A stretch of DNA of 64,000 nt from an uncultured Acidimicrobiales bacterium (GCA_963763135.1 CAVXNJ010000002.1:81562-145561), one strand, 5' to 3'. Positions 46,806 through 57,228 are shown, counted from the stretch's first letter. Translations and numbers: made by a program. The notes: generated by a model from the letters alone, not told the origin.

Positions 46806-47429
46806 TTACGCGGCGCTGGCGTCGCGGGGAAACAGCAGCGGTCGCACGTGGGCCGTGCCGCCGCGGTTCTGGCCGGCCATCGGGAGGAAGCGTTCGACGA
46901 TCTCGTCGTGGGTGACTTTCCCGCTGCGGAGGAAACGGCGCAGGAGGTCCTCGGCGCGGCCGGGTCGGGCGTCGTTCATCAACAGGTCGACCGCGGTCCG
47001 AGCGGGTGACGTCACGAGCGCGCCGCTGGGCAGGGCGATGACGTCGTCGGGCTGCAGGTCCGATCTACGGGTCACGATCGCAAGCGGGTTGGGATGACGG
47101 TCGCCGCGGGAGGCGATCAGCTGGGGAACGCCGCGTCGTTCGAAGCCCGGAAAGCCGTGCATCGCCGCCGCGGTGAGGTGCGACAGGGCCGACGGGTAAC
47201 GCCGGTCGGCACCGAACAGCCATGCTCCGATGCAGATGCGCTCCCAGGTGGGTTCGGTGAAGGGGAGAACGTAGATGCTGCGGCAGAGGGGAATCAGCCG
47301 GGCCAGATTCACGCGCCGGTCGATCTGCCGCTCGGTGAACCCGAGCTCGAGCAACTGCCAACGTGCCACGACCCCGTGCTGCGTTGTCATGAGACTGCGG
47401 AAAACTTCATCAACAAACATGAAATGCAT
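46806..47429 (-). CDS. hypothetical protein with an AbiEi-antitoxin-like N-terminal domain
   Basis: GVVARWQLLELGFTERQIDRRVNLARLIPLCRSIYVL resembles the AbiEi_4-type wHTH. The 5' end is AT-rich. No AbiEii partner is present. Confidence 0.5.
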   Translation of the reverse strand: MHFMFVDEVFRSLMTTQHGVVARWQLLELGFTERQIDRRVNLARLIPLCRSIYVLPFTEPTWERICIGAWLFGADRRYPSALSHLTAAAMHGFPGFERRGVPQLIASRGDRHPNPLAIVTRRSDLQPDDVIALPSGALVTSPARTAVDLLMNDARPGRAEDLLRRFLRSGKVTHDEIVERFLPMAGQNRGGTAHVRPLLFPRDASAA

Positions 47430-47517
47430 TCAAATGCACAGAACTGCCATCGTCAAGTGGCGCCAACCGCGGCGGTGCAGGCCGGGGGTGATGTCGTCCT
47501 GCTACCGTTGAAGCACT

Positions 47518-50394
47518 GTGCCTTCCTCCCAGCGGCCTTCCCCACGCTCGGGCGGTACGAGGGCTTCGGCATCTCGTGCACGCTCATCTTCGGCCAAGCG
47601 CACTTCGTCGCGGGCGCGCAGCCGTCCATCAGTGTGGTCCGGCGTCCGCGAGTTCTTCGGCCGACATCTGGGTGGTCAGTCCGACGACGTGTGGGGCCTC
47701 GTCCTCGTCGTAGTCGGCGTGCTCGCCGGTCTCGGTATGTGGCTCAACCGCACCGGCCCGTTCGGTCGGATGGTTCGCGACGCCACCGGCGCAGCGCTCG
47801 GCACGGCCAAGTTCCTGGTTCCTCTTGCGCTCGTCGCAATTGGCTGGAGCATGATCCGAGGCCGTGAGTACAAAGAACCGATCCCGGTCGGCATCGGTTC
47901 CACGTTCCTGATCGTCGCCGCCACCGGCCTGTTCCATCTGCGCAACGACTCGCTCCCGTGGGGCACGCCGGTTGGCCGCCTTCGTTCCGGCGGCGGACTC
48001 CTCGGTCTGATCGTCGCTGAGCCCCTGCAGAAGGTCGTCGCCACCTGGGGCACCGTCATCGTGCTGAGCGTGTTGGTATTGATAGGTCTACTTATCTTTG
48101 CCCGACTCGGCATCCGCGAAGCCGTTGATCGCACCGCGGAGCGTGTCGCACCGGTCGGTGGTGCGGCCGGCCGTGGTCTGCGCTCGCTGTTCTCCCTGGG
48201 TGAAGGCGAAGAGGATTACGACGAGATGGCCGATGAGCCGCTCAACGAAACGCATCGCACACGGCGCACGTCGCGGCCGGCCCGATTCTCCAAGGCACTC
48301 GTAGCGGCCGGTGCGGTCGGGACGCTCGACGGCACGCCTCGTCGTCCGGCGAGGCCATTGCGCACCGAGCGCCGCTCGGGCCATTACGCCCTTCCTGAAT
48401 ACGACAACATCGAGCCCTATTCCGACGATTACGCGACCGGCTACGCCGCTGACGGTTCCGACGCTTTCGACTCTGACACGATCGATCTCGACGCCAAACC
48501 GAAGCGCAAGAAGCGGGCCAAGAAGGCCAAGATCGTCGACGGCGACGCCAGCGGCTGGCTCGGCGACGACGAACTTCCGCACACCATCGATCTGGCCGCC
48601 GCCGAAGACGCCTCGGTTGCCGCGGCCCGCGGTCAGGTCAAGATCACGTTTCCACCCGAGCCGGTATGGACCGAGGAGCAGCCGACTCCGGAGCCCGTTC
48701 CGTTGCCCGGCCTCGATCCCCAGAAGCCTGCGATCGTCTGGAAGCTTCCTCCTCGCTCGATCCTGAAAAAGGGCAAAGCGATCGAGATTGATAAGCGCGC
48801 AGTCGAAGCGTTGGGCCGCACGCTCGAAGAAGCACTCGCGGCCCACGGCGTGGAGACCCGTCTCGTCGGTATGACGGTCGGCCCGACGGTGACCCGCTTC
48901 GAACTCGAACTCGCGCCCGGGGTCAAGGTCGCGAAGGTCACCGCGCTGCAGAAAGACGTGGCGTACGCCATGGCGACGGCCGACGTCCGCCTCCTCGCTC
49001 CGATCCCCGGCAAGTCGGCCATCGGCGTTGAAGTCCCGAACCGGCAGCGTCAGCTGGTGGCCGTGGGCGACGTGCTCAACACGCCGGATGCGAAAGCGTT
49101 CCCCGGTCCACTCAGTGTCGCCATCGGCCGCGACATCGACGGCAAGCCGGTCATGGTCGACCTCGCGAAGATGCCCCACGTGCTCGTGGCCGGTACCACC
49201 GGTTCCGGTAAGTCGAGCTGCATCAACTCGCTGCTCTGCTCGATCCTCATGCGTTCCACGCCCGAGGAAGTCCGCATGATCCTGATCGACCCCAAGATGG
49301 TCGAGCTCAGCCAGTACAACGGTCTGCCGCACCTTCTCACGCAGGTCGTCACGAACCCGAAGAAGGCCGCGAGCGCGCTGCAGTGGGCCGTCGACGAGAT
49401 GGAACGTCGTTACGAACTTCTGGCGAAGCTGGGCTTTCGCGACGTCACCGGTTACAACGCGGCAGTGGTGCGCGGCGACTTCCTCGATCCCTACGCGAAC
49501 GATCCGGCGGGTGGGATTGGCCTCCCGCCCGCGCCGGTCTACGACAAGATGAGCTTCATCCTCATCGTCGTCGACGAGCTCGCCGACCTCATGATGGTGG
49601 CCGCCCACGATGTCGAAGAATCGATCTGCCGCATCGCGCAGAAGGCCCGTGCGGTTGGCATCCACCTGGTGATCGCAACGCAGCGTCCGAGCGTCAACGT
49701 CATCACCGGTCTGATCAAGGCCAACGTGCCGTCGCGCTTCGCGTTTGCCGTAAGTTCGCTTACTGATTCGCGGGTCATCATCGACCAACCCGGTGCCGAG
49801 AAGCTGATCGGTCAGGGCGACATGTTGATGCTCACGGTCTCGTCGAACGTGACCCAGCGGGTGCAAGGCAATTTCGTTTCCGAAGAAGAGATCCGCGCTG
49901 TGGTGTCGTTCTGGCGCAAGCAGAACGAAAGCGTGATCCAGTCACTCCCGGGTGTCGAAGAGGGTAACGAGCCGGGCACCCGTGAAGCCACGAGCGGCTT
50001 CGTCGACTTCACTTCCGACGGCGGCGTCGACCGCATAGAGTCCGCAACACCGAAGATGATCGGCGGCACCCAGGGCGCGTTCGTCTACGGCGGCGTCGAA
50101 GAACTCTCCGGGAAGTCGAGCGGTGGGAGCCTGCTCGGAGGCGACGACGACGGCGATGGCGACGACATGCTCGACGCCGCCATGGAACTCATCGTCCGCT
50201 CCCAACTCGGATCGACGTCGATGCTGCAACGCAAGCTCCGTGTCGGCTTCGCCCGCGCCGGCCGCATCATGGACCTCCTGGAGAACAAGGGCATTGTCGG
50301 CCCGTCGACGGGTTCCAAGGCTCGCGAAGTGTTGATGACGGTCGAAGAACTCGAAGCCCTCATCAAACGCCGCGACGGCAGCACGGGTTTCTGA
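47518..50394 (+). CDS. ftsK: DNA translocase FtsK/SpoIIIE
   Basis: N-terminal TM segments, a long linker, the motor domain with VAGTTGSGKS and IVVDELADLM, and a C-terminal gamma wHTH (MLQRKLRVGFARAGRIMDLLE). Confidence 0.95.
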   Translation: MPSSQRPSPRSGGTRASASRARSSSAKRTSSRARSRPSVWSGVREFFGRHLGGQSDDVWGLVLVVVGVLAGLGMWLNRTGPFGRMVRDATGAALGTAKFLVPLALVAIGWSMIRGREYKEPIPVGIGSTFLIVAATGLFHLRNDSLPWGTPVGRLRSGGGLLGLIVAEPLQKVVATWGTVIVLSVLVLIGLLIFARLGIREAVDRTAERVAPVGGAAGRGLRSLFSLGEGEEDYDEMADEPLNETHRTRRTSRPARFSKALVAAGAVGTLDGTPRRPARPLRTERRSGHYALPEYDNIEPYSDDYATGYAADGSDAFDSDTIDLDAKPKRKKRAKKAKIVDGDASGWLGDDELPHTIDLAAAEDASVAAARGQVKITFPPEPVWTEEQPTPEPVPLPGLDPQKPAIVWKLPPRSILKKGKAIEIDKRAVEALGRTLEEALAAHGVETRLVGMTVGPTVTRFELELAPGVKVAKVTALQKDVAYAMATADVRLLAPIPGKSAIGVEVPNRQRQLVAVGDVLNTPDAKAFPGPLSVAIGRDIDGKPVMVDLAKMPHVLVAGTTGSGKSSCINSLLCSILMRSTPEEVRMILIDPKMVELSQYNGLPHLLTQVVTNPKKAASALQWAVDEMERRYELLAKLGFRDVTGYNAAVVRGDFLDPYANDPAGGIGLPPAPVYDKMSFILIVVDELADLMMVAAHDVEESICRIAQKARAVGIHLVIATQRPSVNVITGLIKANVPSRFAFAVSSLTDSRVIIDQPGAEKLIGQGDMLMLTVSSNVTQRVQGNFVSEEEIRAVVSFWRKQNESVIQSLPGVEEGNEPGTREATSGFVDFTSDGGVDRIESATPKMIGGTQGAFVYGGVEELSGKSSGGSLLGGDDDGDGDDMLDAAMELIVRSQLGSTSMLQRKLRVGFARAGRIMDLLENKGIVGPSTGSKAREVLMTVEELEALIKRRDGSTGF

Positions 50395-50416
50395 CCCGCC
50401 TCGCGACTTGCGTCTA

Positions 50417-50461
50417 TGTCCACGTTTTGCACGACATAGATGTTCAAGTGTGGACTTAAAC
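50417..50461. repeat. dispersed 44/45-nt AT-rich hairpin motif, copy B
   Basis: TGTCCACGTTTTGCACGACATAGATGTTCAAGTGTGGACTTAAAC, between the convergent ftsK and acyl-CoA synthetase genes. Confidence 0.8.
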
Positions 50462-50489
50462 ACCGAGGCGCCACGGTGTTACAGCGGCC

Positions 50490-52034
50490 TTACGGGCGCA
50501 GCTCGCTCTTCACGACCTTGCCGAGGGCGTTGCGCGGTAGGGCGTCGAGGAAGCGAACCGAACGGGGTTGTTTGAAGCGGGCCAGATGCCCGGCGGCGTG
50601 GGCCAGGATGCTGGCTTCGAGATTGGCGTCGCTCAGCTCGCCGCGGGCCGTCGCCACGACGTAGGCGACCACCGTTTCGCCCCATTGCGGATCCGGCACG
50701 CCGGCCACTGCGCATTCGGCCACGCCGGGATGCATCAGAAGGGCTTCCTCGACTTCGCGCGGGTACACGTTGTAGCCACCGGTGATGATCAGATCCTTGG
50801 AGCGGCCGACGATGCTGACGTAACCATCGGGGTCGAACTGCCCGATGTCGCCGGTGAGGAACCATCCTTCGGCGTCGAACGCGGCCTCGGTGGCGCCGGG
50901 GTTCTCCCAGTAAGTGTGCATAACATTCGGTCCGCGCAACAGAATTTCGCCGGGTTCGGTGACCGCTGCGGTTTCGTCGCCGGCCAGCCGAACTTCGACT
51001 CCTGGCAGCGCGATCCCGACCGATCCGGCCCGCCGTTCGCCGTCGTAGGGATTCGAGATGTTCATCACGGTCTCGGTCATGCCGTACCGCTCCACGATCG
51101 TCTGGTGTCCGTTCGTCGCCAGCGAGCGGAACACGTCGGGCGAGAGCGGGGCCGAGCCCGACACGCACAACCGTAGTGCGGCGAGTTCGCCGACCCGGGG
51201 CGACTCGGCGAAACGCACCCACATCGTCGGCACGCCGAAGACCAGTGATGCTTCCTCCGAGGCGACGAGATCGAGCACCGTGTCGAGGTCGAATCGCGCC
51301 ACGATGACCACGCTCGCTCCGGCCAGCAGCGTTCCGTGAACGCCCACGCCGAGGCCGTGCATGTGGAACAGCGGAAGGGCCAGCACGAGTCGATCCTCGG
51401 CCGTCCACCGCCACGCAATCCGCAGCGCTTCCGCGCTGGCCAGGATGTTGCCGTGGGTGAGCACGACACCTTTCGGCTTGCCGGTAGTGCCCGACGTGAA
51501 CATGAGCATGGCCGGGTCGTCGACGTCGCACTGGTCGAGTTGCGCATCGTCGAGTGGCATGGCTGATTCGGCTTGAGCCACGAGTGCTTCCGGCGTCGTC
51601 GACGCGACATGGGGTAGCCGGCTGGCGTCGTCGAGAATGGCGAACACCGGCCGGGACTGCTCGGCCACCGGGGTCACTTCCGACGCTGTGTACGCCGTAT
51701 TGACGGGGACGACGATGGCGCCGAGTCGGAGCGCGGCGACGTGGCTCAGCACGAGTTCCACGGAGGGCGGGGCGCTCATGATGACCCGGTCACCGGCTGA
51801 TACTCCCCAGGCGGTGAGGCACGCAGCCAGGCGGGCCGTTCGTTCCAGCACATCGCTGTTGGTCAGCCACGACGCTCCGGGTGAAAGCAGGGCGGTCGCG
51901 TCGGGATGGGTCCGCCAGTGCGCCGCCCAGGCCCTGGGCAGGGTCCGGGCCGCCACGAGATCGCTCGGTTCACCGGTAAAGCCGTGACGGCTCCAGGCCT
52001 CGTGATCACTTAGGGGTCCCGGTCGCGGCGTCAT
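50490..52034 (-). CDS. AMP-dependent synthetase/ligase (acyl-CoA synthetase)
   Basis: Contains LMFTSGTTGKPKGV, YGMTE and TGDIGQFDPDGYVSIVGRSKD. Confidence 0.9.
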   Translation of the reverse strand: MTPRPGPLSDHEAWSRHGFTGEPSDLVAARTLPRAWAAHWRTHPDATALLSPGASWLTNSDVLERTARLAACLTAWGVSAGDRVIMSAPPSVELVLSHVAALRLGAIVVPVNTAYTASEVTPVAEQSRPVFAILDDASRLPHVASTTPEALVAQAESAMPLDDAQLDQCDVDDPAMLMFTSGTTGKPKGVVLTHGNILASAEALRIAWRWTAEDRLVLALPLFHMHGLGVGVHGTLLAGASVVIVARFDLDTVLDLVASEEASLVFGVPTMWVRFAESPRVGELAALRLCVSGSAPLSPDVFRSLATNGHQTIVERYGMTETVMNISNPYDGERRAGSVGIALPGVEVRLAGDETAAVTEPGEILLRGPNVMHTYWENPGATEAAFDAEGWFLTGDIGQFDPDGYVSIVGRSKDLIITGGYNVYPREVEEALLMHPGVAECAVAGVPDPQWGETVVAYVVATARGELSDANLEASILAHAAGHLARFKQPRSVRFLDALPRNALGKVVKSELRP

Positions 52035-52070
52035 ACTCCGATCGTAGTGAGCGCAGCTGATGTGCCCGGC

Positions 52071-55000
52071 TCAGGGGGTGTATCGGCCGATGCGATTCGC
52101 TGACTGTTGGTTGAAGAGAATGTCGCCCGCGGCCACGATCAGGTCGGCCGTTCCCGAGATGTTCGCGTTGGCGGCCGACCCGGTCAGCAGTGGCAGCAGG
52201 CCCGGCTCGACCACGACACCCAACGTTCCCTTGTCGGCTCCGCTCATCCGGATGCGGAAGATGCGCGGTGCGGTCGTGTCGACGAAGACGATGTCACCCG
52301 ACGGTTCGTAGGCGACGCCGCCGACGTTTCGCAGTTCCGCGCTGTTGGCGAAGATGATCCCTTCACGTTTCGTTCCGCCGCCCGCGACCACCTCGACGCG
52401 GCCGTTCAACAGGTCGACGTGCAGCACGGTGTGATCGTTGGAGTCCTCGGCGATGGCCAGCTTGCCCGTAGGGCCTCCGAACACGTCAATGTCGATCGGG
52501 TTGTCGAGACGGTACTTCACCGCGCCGTCGTAGCCCTGAGGGTCAGACGGGTTTCCGAACACCGTACGTACTTCATTGTTGAGGACGTCGAGCACTCGAA
52601 CCCGCTTGTTTCCGGCGTCAAGTATGTAGACATTTCCGACATTGTCGGTGGCGAGAGCACGAATATCCTTGAACTCCGCCGTCAACGGTGCCCCGGGATC
52701 TGCAGCAAATCCGTTGCTGCCGGTACCGGCGACGGTCGTAATTATTCCGGTCGCGGCGTCAACTTTTCGGATTCGGTGGTTGCCGTTGTCGGCGATGTAG
52801 ATGTCGCCGTTCGGGGTACGTACTGAGGCGCTGGGTGAGTCGAGTTCGGCGTCCCTGGCCGGTCCGCCGTCGCCGGAGAACGCCTTGTTGCCGGTGCCGG
52901 CGACGAGTACCGCGGCGCCCGGGGTCACCATCTTCACCTGATGGGCCACGGGTGACGTCAGGTAGTAGTCGTTATTTCCCGGGCCGTTGGCGATGGTCTG
53001 GACATACAGGAGTCCATGGTTTGCGACCGGCCAAAGGCCGCCAATGAACGTCGAGTCCGTGGAGATCGTTCCGGCGGGCGCGGGTTGGGGTGTCGGGAAT
53101 CCTGCGGTTGGCGCTGGGCGCAGACCGATCCGAAGCGTTGACCAGTCGTTCGCGTCGAAGTATTCGACGATAAAGGTGTGGGGACCGGCCGTGAACGTTC
53201 GTTGGATGGCAAACGACCGAAGGTTGCTGGAAGTCCATGAATCGATGACCGGATCACCGTCTATCCAGACACGAATACCGTCGTCGGCGACCACTTCAAT
53301 ATCGGTCAATCCTGCTGCGAGGATGACGGTCGACTTGTAGCGGGCAGAGAAGTTGTCGGCGGAAACACCGGCGGCGGGTTGGCCGAGGTACCAGCGGTTG
53401 TTGACCATCGAGGTGCATGCCGTGCTCACGAGGCCGGCCGGGCTCAGGCTCGTGTTGTTGAAGTAGGTCGTCTCCCACTGGCCGTCGGAGCAACTCGCCG
53501 GGGCAACGGTGGTTGTCGTGGTGGTTGTGGTTGTTGTTGTTGTGATAGCCGTTGTTGTCGGGGTGGCGGTTGTGGTTGGCGCCACGGTCGTGGTGGTCGT
53601 ACCGGTCGTCGTGGTCGGCGCTACGGTCGTGGTGGTCGCTGCGGCAGTGGTGGTCGTTCCCGCGGGGAGAGTGGTGGTTGGAGCTGTTGTGGTTGGCGGC
53701 TGAGTTGTAGCAGGGGCCGCTGTTGTCGGTGCGACGGAACTACTCGTAGCAACCGTGGTCGGCGCGATCGGAATGGTGGGAGTGGGCGGGCTCGATGGTG
53801 CCTGAGTGTTGGCGCTCGCCGCCGGTGCACTGGTCGATGGCACGGTCGCCTCGGTTGTTGACGTTGACGTTGACGTTGACGTTGACGTTGACGTTGACGT
53901 TGAGGTGCTCGCTCGGGTGGTCGACGATGGCTTCGTCGTCGTCGTTGTCGTAGGTGCCTTCGGTTTCGCGGTGGTCGTGCTCGCTTTCGTCGCGGTGCCG
54001 GTCGACTCGAGTGGGGTGGGTTTGGGGGCGACGGGAGTGTTGCCCGAGGCACTGCTTCCGTCGATGGTCAGCGCCGCGTTAGGCGTCGCCGGAGCCTGGG
54101 GTGCGAGGGGCTCGCTCGATGAGGTGCCGGCGTCCGGTGAGGACGCATCGAAGGTGGGGGCCGCAAGCGCGTCGGAGGCCGCACCCGAAGGAGCTGGCGT
54201 CGGCGCGGATATGTTCGCAGAAGCGGGAGGAACTACCTCCACCGCCGGGCCATCCGGTGCCACGATCGCCGGTGCACCGGCGTCGGTCAGCGGTTGGCCG
54301 TTGCCGGCACGGTCGGTCGCGTCACCCACGGATTCGACGGACAGGATCGTGGTGGTGGTGACTGCGGCCGGAACGGTCAGCGCCAGCCGGTTCGGCACTG
54401 CCGAGTTGGTGGCCACCGGAGTAATCGCGGAGACCGCGCCGACCGCTACGGCGGTGGCCCCACTCAACGTCGCCGCCATCACATTGCTGATCTTCGCAGC
54501 GACGGCGCTTCCGCTTACGCCCAGGGTGGTGGAGCTTTCGATCACGGTCCTGGTGATGGTCGACAGCGGACCGTTGCCGGCTTGGAAATGGGTGATGAAG
54601 GACGAGAACGCTCCGGTCGCCACCCGCGATTTCTTCTCGCCGACCCGCAGCAGCGCCCGCACGACGAGAGGGTCGAAATGCGATCCCGAACAGCGAACCA
54701 GTTCGGCGCGGGCATCGTCCATCGTCATCGGCTTCTTGTACGAACGCGTTGCCGTCATCACTTCGAACGCATCGGCGACCGCGACGATCCGAGAGCCGAT
54801 CGACATCTGGTCACCGGTGAGGCCCAGGGGATAGCCGGTTCCATCCATGCGTTCGTGGTGTTCCCACGCGCAGTGGACCCATTCGCCGAGCCACTCCTCG
54901 ACGCCGGCCAACCGACTTCGCCCGGCGGCCGGATGCCCGCGAAGCGTCGCCCATTCCTCCTCGTTCGGCTTGCCCGCCTTGTTCAGAATCGCCGCCGGTA

Positions 55001-55583
55001 CGGCGAGCTTGCCGACATCGTGGAGCATGGCGCCCCACCGCAGACGCTCGCGGTCCTCCTCGGCCAGGTTCATTTCCTCCGCGATGACGTCAGCAAGGGC
55101 CCGGACCCGCTCGGAGTGGCCGCGGGTGCGTCGGTCGTGACGGTTGAGTTCGGCCACCAGCACGAGCACCTGCTCGGCCGCGGTCTGGGGATCCGACGAC
55201 AGACCGGTCCGTTTGAACGATTCGACGACCCGCTCGCGGTTGGTGGTGTTGCCCATCCGCAGGGCGAGCTTCACCCGGTTCGGCGCCGCTTCAGGGAATG
55301 CCAGGTTGGCCCTCGCCAGGGCCGACAGCGGTATGTAGCGCTCAAGCGCGCGGGACGTGTACTTCGCCAGGAAGCTGGCGACCACGAACGTCCCGAGGAA
55401 CCAGGCGCCCTTCAGCGGTAGCGACCACGACCGTGCGTAGAGAAGCTTGCCCAGGAGGCTGGTGAACAGCGCAGCGACAATGACCGGAGTGACCCACAGC
55501 AGGGCGCGAATGGCGCGAGACAGCCAGGGGCGAGGCTTCCACACCTTTCGGTTGGCATAGTTCTGCGGCGCGGGCGCTGACAC
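52071..55583 (-). CDS. membrane-anchored HD-GYP domain protein with a C-terminal Ser/Thr/Pro linker, a PA14 domain and NHL repeats
   Basis: 1170 aa, GTG start. Two N-terminal TM helices. HD-GYP domain (HSERV, MLHDVGK, HHERMDGTGYP). An Ala/Gly/Val-rich possible TM segment, then about 300 aa of low complexity. PA14-like region (WETTYFNN...FSARYKS...DDGIRVWIDGDPVIDSW...FIVEYFD). NHL-like repeats (GDIYIADNGNHRIRKVD and GNVYILDAGNKRVRVLD). Confidence 0.8.
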   Translation of the reverse strand: MSAPAPQNYANRKVWKPRPWLSRAIRALLWVTPVIVAALFTSLLGKLLYARSWSLPLKGAWFLGTFVVASFLAKYTSRALERYIPLSALARANLAFPEAAPNRVKLALRMGNTTNRERVVESFKRTGLSSDPQTAAEQVLVLVAELNRHDRRTRGHSERVRALADVIAEEMNLAEEDRERLRWGAMLHDVGKLAVPAAILNKAGKPNEEEWATLRGHPAAGRSRLAGVEEWLGEWVHCAWEHHERMDGTGYPLGLTGDQMSIGSRIVAVADAFEVMTATRSYKKPMTMDDARAELVRCSGSHFDPLVVRALLRVGEKKSRVATGAFSSFITHFQAGNGPLSTITRTVIESSTTLGVSGSAVAAKISNVMAATLSGATAVAVGAVSAITPVATNSAVPNRLALTVPAAVTTTTILSVESVGDATDRAGNGQPLTDAGAPAIVAPDGPAVEVVPPASANISAPTPAPSGAASDALAAPTFDASSPDAGTSSSEPLAPQAPATPNAALTIDGSSASGNTPVAPKPTPLESTGTATKASTTTAKPKAPTTTTTTKPSSTTRASTSTSTSTSTSTSTSTSTTEATVPSTSAPAASANTQAPSSPPTPTIPIAPTTVATSSSVAPTTAAPATTQPPTTTAPTTTLPAGTTTTAAATTTTVAPTTTTGTTTTTVAPTTTATPTTTAITTTTTTTTTTTTVAPASCSDGQWETTYFNNTSLSPAGLVSTACTSMVNNRWYLGQPAAGVSADNFSARYKSTVILAAGLTDIEVVADDGIRVWIDGDPVIDSWTSSNLRSFAIQRTFTAGPHTFIVEYFDANDWSTLRIGLRPAPTAGFPTPQPAPAGTISTDSTFIGGLWPVANHGLLYVQTIANGPGNNDYYLTSPVAHQVKMVTPGAAVLVAGTGNKAFSGDGGPARDAELDSPSASVRTPNGDIYIADNGNHRIRKVDAATGIITTVAGTGSNGFAADPGAPLTAEFKDIRALATDNVGNVYILDAGNKRVRVLDVLNNEVRTVFGNPSDPQGYDGAVKYRLDNPIDIDVFGGPTGKLAIAEDSNDHTVLHVDLLNGRVEVVAGGGTKREGIIFANSAELRNVGGVAYEPSGDIVFVDTTAPRIFRIRMSGADKGTLGVVVEPGLLPLLTGSAANANISGTADLIVAAGDILFNQQSANRIGRYTP
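53857..53898. repeat. hexanucleotide microsatellite (GTTGAC)x7 inside the HD-GYP gene linker
   Basis: Seven perfect units, encoding (ST)n on the minus strand. Adjacent poly-Thr tracts are encoded by GGT/TGT-rich DNA. Confidence 0.95.
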
Positions 55584-55913
55584 GTGACACGTTCTCCGTC
55601 CCCTTTATCGGCATACGCCCAAGCGAAGCGAAGCTACGGAGCGTGGCTTTTGGGGAATGCCCTCGAAATGAGACCGGTGGACTACCCGTAGCCATCTGCC
55701 GAAATAGCAGGTTGAGCGTTGACGTAGGAACGCGGCTCAGCGTTGAACCGCTGCTCAGAGTGGTTCTGCATCCGGGGCCAGCTTGTCTTGCACTTGTCCT
55801 ATCGACCGATAGGCTGGAGCAACCGTTTTCCCCGCTTCAGTTCCGATGGCCGCCGGCGAACCGCCCGTGTTCGCGTCTCCTATCGGAGCATCACACTCTT
55901 AAAGGAGCCTCCC

Positions 55914-57134
55914 GTGGCCAACAAGATCAAAGTCGTAACCCCCGTCGTTGAGATGGACGGCGACGAGATGACCCGCATCATCTGGCAGTTCATCAAAGAC
56001 AAGCTGATCCTTCCGTACCTCGACATTGATCTGAAGTACTACGACCTCGGCATCGAGTCACGCGACGCCACCGACGACCAGATCACGATCGACTCGGCCA
56101 ACGCCACGAAGCAGTACGGCGTCGCCGTGAAGTGCGCCACGATCACCCCCGACGAAGCTCGCGTTGAGGAGTTCGGCCTGAAGAAGATGTGGAAGTCGCC
56201 GAACGGCACGATCCGCAACATCCTCGGCGGCGTGATCTTCCGTGAGCCGATCGTCATCTCGAACATTCCGCGTCTCGTTCCGGGCTGGACCAAGCCGATC
56301 GTGATCGGCCGTCACGCGCACGGCGACCAATACAAGGCGACCGACTGGAAGGTCCCGGGTGCCGGTACCGTCACCATGACCTACGTGCCGAAAGACGGCA
56401 GCGCTCCCGTCGAGATGAAGATCGCCGACTACGGCGACGACGGCGGCGTGGTGATGGGCATGTACAACTACAACGACTCGATCCGAGACTTCGCCCGTGC
56501 TTCGCTGCGCTACGGCCTCGACCGCAACATGCCGGTCTATCTCTCCACGAAGAACACGATCCTCAAGGCCTACGACGGCCAGTTCAAGGACCTCTTCGAG
56601 GAGATCTACCAGACCGAGTTCAAAGCCGAGATGGACAAGGCCGGCCTCACCTACGAGCACCGCCTCATCGACGACATGGTCGCCTGTGCCATGAAGTGGG
56701 AAGGCGGCTACGTCTGGGCCTGCAAGAACTACGACGGCGACGTGCAGTCCGACACCGTGGCCCAGGGCTACGGCTCGCTCGGTCTGATGACAAGCGTGCT
56801 TATGACTCCTGATGGCAAGACCGTCGAGGCCGAAGCCGCGCACGGCACCGTCACGCGCCACTACCGCGAACACCAGAAGGGCAACAAGACCTCCACGAAC
56901 CCGATCGCCTCGATCTACGCGTGGACCCAGGGTCTGGCCTACCGCGGCAAGATGGACAACACCCCCGAGGTCACCGCCTTCGCCCACGCGCTCGAGCAGG
57001 TATGTGTTGCGACGGTCGAGTCCGGCAAGATGACCAAGGACCTCTCGCTGCTGATCAGTAAAGACGCCCCCTGGCTCACCACCGAAGACTTCCTCGACGC
57101 CCTCGACGAAAACCTCCAGGCCAAACTCGGCTAA
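55914..57134 (+). CDS. icd: NADP-dependent isocitrate dehydrogenase (homodimeric eukaryote-like type)
   Basis: The GTG at 55914 follows an AAAGGAG Shine-Dalgarno. Contains [29 protein letters not shown] and [14 protein letters not shown]. Confidence 0.93.
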   Translation: MANKIKVVTPVVEMDGDEMTRIIWQFIKDKLILPYLDIDLKYYDLGIESRDATDDQITIDSANATKQYGVAVKCATITPDEARVEEFGLKKMWKSPNGTIRNILGGVIFREPIVISNIPRLVPGWTKPIVIGRHAHGDQYKATDWKVPGAGTVTMTYVPKDGSAPVEMKIADYGDDGGVVMGMYNYNDSIRDFARASLRYGLDRNMPVYLSTKNTILKAYDGQFKDLFEEIYQTEFKAEMDKAGLTYEHRLIDDMVACAMKWEGGYVWACKNYDGDVQSDTVAQGYGSLGLMTSVLMTPDGKTVEAEAAHGTVTRHYREHQKGNKTSTNPIASIYAWTQGLAYRGKMDNTPEVTAFAHALEQVCVATVESGKMTKDLSLLISKDAPWLTTEDFLDALDENLQAKLG

Positions 57135-57161
57135 CAGAGGTTCTGTTCCGTCCCGCTAAAG

Positions 57162-57207
57162 ACGGGCGGCTCGTGCGTGAAAACGCACGAGCCGCCCGTT
57201 TGCTTTT
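57162..57207 (+). terminator. intrinsic terminator after icd
   Basis: A perfect 17-bp stem, ACGGGCGGCTCGTGCGT / ACGCACGAGCCGCCCGT, with a GAAA loop, followed by TTGCTTTT. Confidence 0.85.
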
Positions 57208-57228
57208 AGCACCCCGCTCCTGGTGCTC

